A stretch of 64,000 bases of DNA from Podarcis filfolensis (taxonomy: Eukaryota): the NCBI GenBank assembly GCA_964270895.1, contig OZ185436.1, one strand, 5' to 3'. The notes under the pieces were generated by a model. It had not been told where the DNA came from and made no database searches. It worked only from the letters and a program-made list of their open reading frames with translations. Both the position numbers and the translations under genes were made by a program. The stretch's first letter is position 1; each line of letters starts with the position of its first letter. Positions 63,545 to 64,000 of the stretch are shown one piece after another.

Positions 63545-63720
63545 CTAGTGTTCTTTGTGCTGAACTGCATTTCTAAACTCAATTCAAAGTGTTCATTAAT
63601 ATATTTAAAGCCCCAAACAGCTTAGTTCAATATTATTCAAAGAACCGCCTGCACCCATGTAGTGGTGTCTATATCTTAAAATCTAGTTCAGAAGGCCTGC
63701 TTCAGCACCCACCAGATGGG
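63545..63720 (+). mobile_element. Decayed L2 ORF2 fragment
   Basis: caattcaaagtgttcattaatatatttaaagcc...tctagttcagaaggcctgct translates to QFKVFINIFKA...SSSEGLL, homologous to the 15719-16142 element. Confidence 0.6.
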
Positions 63721-64000
63721 TGAGGATATGGATTGATGGTAGTTAACTGGGGTAGGGCCAAATCATTTCTGTGTTGTGCTGGTTATTTTAATGTTACTGT
63801 TTATTCTAATTTTATGTATTATTGACTGCAAGAAGCTCCAGGTGGCATACATAACCACTGGAAGTCAGTTATACCCAAGTTCACTCAGTAAGCTTCATGG
63901 CTGATTACAGATTTGAAAACTGACATGCCGGGTCCTAATCCTGCACTTTATCCACTACAGCACACTTAACAGCTGCTTTTTAAAGAAAAACTTTTATGAA

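Noticed and set aside
31400-64000. Full palindromic GRE (AGAACAnnnTGTTCT) for NR3C1 autoregulation
   Set aside because: I found only half-sites or poor matches by eye. A PWM scan would be needed.

Overview
This is AT-rich vertebrate genomic DNA from a squamate, probably a lacertid lizard (inferred from the Sauria-type SINE, Bov-B, L2 and hAT/Tigger MITE content). It holds the 3' ends of two convergent genes. On + are the last three coding exons of ARHGAP26/GRAF1 (17149-17259, 22750-22841, 29375-29463; Ser/Pro-rich linker plus SH3, ending [14 protein letters not shown]). On - are exons 7, 8 and 9 of the glucocorticoid receptor NR3C1 (61271-61401, 60191-60348, 59561-59713; ligand-binding domain ending KKLLFHQK*), followed by a ~6.4 kb 3'UTR to a poly(A) signal at 53201-53206. 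The ~22 kb between them is non-coding and repeat-rich. Almost all ORFs in the supplied track are spurious. I found no rRNA, true tRNA, CRISPR or prokaryotic feature, and I cannot support a wholly new biological system. The best leads are (i) a 107-codon hydrophobic read-through frame after the ARHGAP26 cassette exon that would give an SH3-less isoform, (ii) built-in GR-beta-like and GR-P-like truncations from short NR3C1 introns 8 and 7, (iii) conserved regulatory blocks, miRNA sites and a strong G-quadruplex in the NR3C1 3'UTR, and (iv) several informative retroposition footprints. All comparisons to human sequence are from memory and need alignment to confirm.
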